DNA of 64,000 bases. It comes from Acidimicrobiales bacterium (GTDB lineage: Bacteria; Actinomycetota; Acidimicrobiia; Acidimicrobiales; Aldehydirespiratoraceae). The translations under genes and the position numbers were made by a program. The stretch lies in contig JAJCXZ010000016.1 in the NCBI GenBank assembly GCA_029263175.1, positions 24,554 through 88,553 of the forward strand, written 5' to 3'. The notes below the pieces were generated by a model. That model was given only the letters and a program-made list of their open reading frames with translations, searched no databases and was not told the DNA's origin. Below are positions 60,186 to 64,000 of this stretch, piece by piece. Each line of letters begins with the position of its first letter. Positions within the stretch are counted from its first letter, which is position 1.

Positions 60186-62111
60186 ATGCGTCGAACAACA
60201 TTCGCCCGAGTGGCACTGCTGGGGCTCATCGCAAGCTTTGTCGTGCCCACCGGGCCGGCGGCCGCGGCGGTCCCCGACGAACCGTTCATCACCATCGTGG
60301 GCGGCGGCTGGGGCCACGGCGTGGGCATGAGCCAATACGGCGCGCTCGGGCGAGCCGAAGCAGGCCACACTCCCGAAGAGATCCTCACCTTCTATTACGA
60401 CGGCACCACGATCGAGAATCGCTCCGAGGCGATCGACACGATCCTCGGCACCGGACTCCGGGTCCGCCTGAGCCCTCCACCCAATGGCAGTCGGCCCACG
60501 AGCGCCACCGTGACCGCCGAGGGAGATGCGAAGCTGTCGATCGAAATCGGCGCCTTCTCACAGGCGGAGGTCGGGGGGTCGGCAATCGTCACGATGGGAG
60601 CGATGGTCTCTGGTGCGGGCACACCTGCTGAAGATGACGACACCTGGGAATGGCATGTCGACGCCGGGGCCGGAGATATCTGCGGAGCAAGCTGTGTCGC
60701 CCGCGCCGCGCGAGTCCTGCGTCCCGAAGGCGCTGTCATCGACATCAGCGACAACGCCCAGGGCGCACAAGGCAGGCATGACACCGGCAATGTCGAGCTG
60801 GTCGGCCAAGACCAGAGCGTCGATGGCTTCTTCATCGTGCTGGCCGACGTTCCCATCGATGAATACCTCCAGGGAATCGCTGAGGTCCCTGCATCCTGGC
60901 CCGCCGAAGCCATTCAGGCGCAAGCGATAGCCGCCCGGAGCTACGCCGTCGCCAAAGCGGAGAGTCGCCGGGCCGGTGGCCTCTCATTCGATGTCTACGA
61001 CTCGGTCTGGGATCAGGTGTACGGCGGACTCGATACGGAACACCCGAACATCACCGCCGCTGTCATGGCCACCACCGGTCAGGTCGTCGTCTATGACGAC
61101 GCCATTGTGCGCACGTTCTACACCTCTTCGAACGGCGGCTACACCTCTGCTTCCGAAGACAGCTTCACCACGGCTGAGCCGTTTCACATCGCCAAGCCCG
61201 ACCCGTTCGATCCCGCTCCTGATGAGGACGGGGAACCCCAGAACGGGCGTTGGCAGTGGACGCGCATCTACACCCTCGACACCCTCTCGACCTGGTTGGA
61301 GAACCACAACACCACCGATGGTGCCGGCCAGGTTGACCGCATCACGATCAGTGGGGTGCCCCCGTCAGGCCGGGTCAACGATGCCGACGTCACGATCTAC
61401 GGATCGGCCACGACACTTGGTGACGATGAGTCCCTCCACGGAATCTCGCTCTACACCGCGATCAACAAGGGAGCGTCAGACTGCAGCAGCGGCGAGACCG
61501 TCGATTGTGGCGACCTGTACTCGACCAACTTCCAGATCATCACCTTCTACGACGTGCCGATCGATGCCTACTACTTCGATCCGGTCACCTGGATGGTACT
61601 CAACCAGCTGACCACCGGGGTCTCGCCCAACCAGTTCGCGCCGGACAAGGCCATCTCGCGGGCGGAGGTCGCCACCTTCCTGCACCGCTTCGCCGATCAA
61701 CCGCCCGCAATCCTGCCCGGGCCCTTCGAGGACGTCGAGATCGGGGCCTTCTACGAGGAGGCAGTGTCGTGGATGGCAGAGACGGGGATCACCACCGGCA
61801 CCAGTGCCATGGCGTTCTCACCAGGCGAGACGGTAACCCGCGGCCAGGCGGCCACGTTCCTGTGGCGGTTTGTCGGCTCACCCGCGCCGACCGTCGACAA
61901 CATCTTCGACGATGTCGCCGGGGGCAGGTATTACACCGATGCAGTGCGCTGGATGGTGGAATGGGATATCACCACCGGCACATCCCCCACCACCTTTGCG
62001 CCCGACGACCCGCTGACACGCGCCCAGATCGCCACCTTCCTGTGGCGCCTCGCGGGTGCGCCGGGTGCATTCCATCCCGGCACCACTCTCCCCTCATCGA
62101 TGCGCCTATGA
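60186..62111 (+). CDS. Secreted SpoIID/LytB-family lytic transglycosylase with three C-terminal SLH domains
   Basis: GWGHGVGMSQYGA, YLQGIAEVPASW..EA..AQAIAARSY, DQVY, three SLH units. Confidence 0.92.
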   Translation: MRRTTFARVALLGLIASFVVPTGPAAAAVPDEPFITIVGGGWGHGVGMSQYGALGRAEAGHTPEEILTFYYDGTTIENRSEAIDTILGTGLRVRLSPPPNGSRPTSATVTAEGDAKLSIEIGAFSQAEVGGSAIVTMGAMVSGAGTPAEDDDTWEWHVDAGAGDICGASCVARAARVLRPEGAVIDISDNAQGAQGRHDTGNVELVGQDQSVDGFFIVLADVPIDEYLQGIAEVPASWPAEAIQAQAIAARSYAVAKAESRRAGGLSFDVYDSVWDQVYGGLDTEHPNITAAVMATTGQVVVYDDAIVRTFYTSSNGGYTSASEDSFTTAEPFHIAKPDPFDPAPDEDGEPQNGRWQWTRIYTLDTLSTWLENHNTTDGAGQVDRITISGVPPSGRVNDADVTIYGSATTLGDDESLHGISLYTAINKGASDCSSGETVDCGDLYSTNFQIITFYDVPIDAYYFDPVTWMVLNQLTTGVSPNQFAPDKAISRAEVATFLHRFADQPPAILPGPFEDVEIGAFYEEAVSWMAETGITTGTSAMAFSPGETVTRGQAATFLWRFVGSPAPTVDNIFDDVAGGRYYTDAVRWMVEWDITTGTSPTTFAPDDPLTRAQIATFLWRLAGAPGAFHPGTTLPSSMRL

Positions 62112-64000
62112 CGCTCCCGCGCCGCCAACTCCTCCGGGCGGCCGCAGCAAGTCCAGTGTTCTTACTTGCACCCGGATTCGCGCGGCGTGCTCTTGCCAAT
62201 CCCACCGCTCCCTCGGTGGTGGGAACCACGCGTGTTGCCACCGCGAGTGGCGGTGTGTCGATCAGCTGGCACGCCGGTTCGAGTCCGGAGACGGTGGGCA
62301 CCATCCGAGCGCTCGTCGACGGGGTCTGGTCAGCCCCGATCCCCGTGCACCCCGATCATCACCATGGACCCGAGAGCACCGACGGACGGACCCACAGCCA
62401 AGCGGTGATCGTGCCGGGCGCGGCGGTCTACGAGATCACGCCGGCAAGTGCCGGATTTCGCTACGACATCCACCCCCTTGATCCCGCGCCCCGCCGCCTG
62501 GGCCTGCTCGCCGACGACGGCCTCACCCGCTTCGAGCCACTTCCGGGTCTTGAAATCATCGAGCGCAGCAACTGGACCGACCGTGCACGCCTCGACACGA
62601 TCGACTGTGTGATCGGGTCCTCGGTCTTCGGACTCGGCTGTCGTTCCGACGTCGGCCTCCGGCACGCCGTCATTCATCACACCGTCAATGTCAACGACTA
62701 CGCCATGGAAGACGTGCCCAGCCTCCTCGACGGAATCCAGCGTTACCACATGTTCACACGCGGTTGGGACGACATCGCCTACAACTTCGTGATCGATCGC
62801 TTCGGGCGCATCTGGCAGGCTCGAGCGGCCGATCTCCTCGAACCCATCACCGGTGGCCACACGACAGGGCTCAATGCCGAGAGCGTCGGCGTCGCCCTTC
62901 TCGGGACATTCACCGACCATGATCCGGGTCAATCCGTGACCGACTCGCTCGGCCTGCTTCTGGGGTGGAAGCTCAGCCTCCACGGAATCGACCCACTCGG
63001 CGTCACCGAGGTCCGCTCCGGTGGCGGCGACTATGCCGAGCCCGGCGAGCGGGTGCTGGTCGACAATATTTCGCCGCACCGAGCCAACCAGAGCACGAGT
63101 TGTCCGGGAGACGGCACCGTGGCTCGTCTCGACGAGATCCGCAGCGCCGCAGCTGAACTGGTGCCGGTCTTCGGCACCGTGGTCCCCCGCTACACCCTCG
63201 ATCAGGTCGACGTGAGGGGCTGGGCAATCGATCGATTCTCACCAACCACTCCCCTCGACATCGACGTTGTCGTCGACGGGGTCGCCACGACAACGGTGAG
63301 TGCACAAGACCTCGTGGCCGACCTCCAAGTGGAGTATCCGCAGGCCGGCAACGGTCACGGCTTCTCCCACACGGTTCCGATCGACCTCGACACAACGTCG
63401 ATCGTCGTCACGGCGAAGACGGGCGACGGACGCAGCGCCGAGTTGATGGATCTCACGCTGTTCGCCACGTTCATCGATGTCGAGCCCCACCGATTCTTTG
63501 CCGCCGGTGTCTACTGGCTCCGGGAGAACGAGCTGACGACGGGTACGTTGCCAGGCCTGTTCGAGCCGATGGACGAGCTGTCTCGCGGGCAGATGGCCGC
63601 CTTCCTCTGGCGGTTCATGGACCACCCCGTCGTCGACGACCAGGCACCGTTCATCGATGTGCAACGACCGAGTTGGTACGCCAGCGCCACCGACTGGCTC
63701 TTTGCCAGCGGCATAACCACAGGCACCGCCCCGGACCTGTTCTCGCCTGACGAATTCGTGACCCGGGGGCAGATGGCGACGTTCTTGTGGCGCCTCTGCG
63801 GGTCGATCGCACCGGATCAGCCATCGTCATTCGAAGATGTGCCCGTTGGCCGCTACTTCACCGACGCGGTGGCGTGGCTGGCGGAAACCGAGATCACCAC
63901 CGGCGTCACGCCGAAGCTCTTTGCCCCCGAGGCCTTTGTCACACGCGGCGAGATGGCCACGTTCCTCCAACGTCTGGCCACGACGCCCAAGGCTTGGGCC
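62108..64000 (+). CDS. Tat-exported N-acetylmuramoyl-L-alanine amidase (Amidase_2/PGRP type) with three SLH domains; runs off the right edge
   Basis: Manual translation from ATG 62108 (ATGA overlap with SpoIID) gives PRRQLL, HAVIHHT, GWDDIAYNF, GGHT...N, PHR....TSCPG, then three SLH units. No in-frame stop was seen. Absent from the ORF track. Confidence 0.92.
   Translation, partial: MTLPRRQLLRAAAASPVFLLAPGFARRALANPTAPSVVGTTRVATASGGVSISWHAGSSPETVGTIRALVDGVWSAPIPVHPDHHHGPESTDGRTHSQAVIVPGAAVYEITPASAGFRYDIHPLDPAPRRLGLLADDGLTRFEPLPGLEIIERSNWTDRARLDTIDCVIGSSVFGLGCRSDVGLRHAVIHHTVNVNDYAMEDVPSLLDGIQRYHMFTRGWDDIAYNFVIDRFGRIWQARAADLLEPITGGHTTGLNAESVGVALLGTFTDHDPGQSVTDSLGLLLGWKLSLHGIDPLGVTEVRSGGGDYAEPGERVLVDNISPHRANQSTSCPGDGTVARLDEIRSAAAELVPVFGTVVPRYTLDQVDVRGWAIDRFSPTTPLDIDVVVDGVATTTVSAQDLVADLQVEYPQAGNGHGFSHTVPIDLDTTSIVVTAKTGDGRSAELMDLTLFATFIDVEPHRFFAAGVYWLRENELTTGTLPGLFEPMDELSRGQMAAFLWRFMDHPVVDDQAPFIDVQRPSWYASATDWLFASGITTGTAPDLFSPDEFVTRGQMATFLWRLCGSIAPDQPSSFEDVPVGRYFTDAVAWLAETEITTGVTPKLFAPEAFVTRGEMATFLQRLATTPKAWA

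Noticed and set aside
60186-62111. SpoIID as evidence of sporulation
   Set aside because: SpoIID/LytB domains are widespread in non-sporulating bacteria, and no other sporulation genes are present.
35440-63970. Recurring similar DNA (ATCACCACCGGC..., ACCTTCCTGTGGCG) as a possible CRISPR or REP family
   Set aside because: These are degenerate codons of the SLH protein repeats, with no fixed repeat-spacer periodicity and no cas genes.
62056-64000. Apparent gene-free or fragmented region in the ORF track (possible pseudogene)
   Set aside because: Manual translation gives one open frame from 62108 to the window edge; it was omitted only because it has no stop in the window.

Overview
High-GC actinobacterial chromosome segment. 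Acidimicrobiia-like is my inference from gene content and style, not a database result. It is an almost gap-free cell-envelope and glycan supercluster. The left half is the conserved actinobacterial scaffold known from Mycobacterium Rv3255c-Rv3303c and Streptomyces SCO3025-3039: manA, SIS protein, Trm112-like protein, manB, DUF3499, DUF5719, large GT2, cofD/cofE, manC, LCP, birA, accA3 and lpdA. It carries insertions (ftsH, gmd/rmd-like, fcl, ugd, uxs, galE, GT4s) and lacks the usual whiB gene. The right half (35-64 kb) encodes four secreted proteins, each with three C-terminal S-layer homology (SLH) domains: an FG-GAP propeller, a subtilase, a SpoIID and a Tat-exported amidase. These bracket a polysaccharide pathway with a CsaB-like pyruvyltransferase, an initiating phosphoglycosyltransferase, Wzm/Wzt, an O-antigen-ligase-like protein, GT-C/YfhO proteins and a degenerate methyltransferase. 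The best candidate for an undescribed system is a Firmicute-style pyruvylated wall polymer/SLH anchoring apparatus in an actinobacterium, together with an SLH-tethered SpoIID+amidase pair. No tRNA, rRNA, CRISPR array or mobile element was recognised. Two real genes at the window edges (manA and the amidase-SLH gene) are absent from the supplied ORF track.
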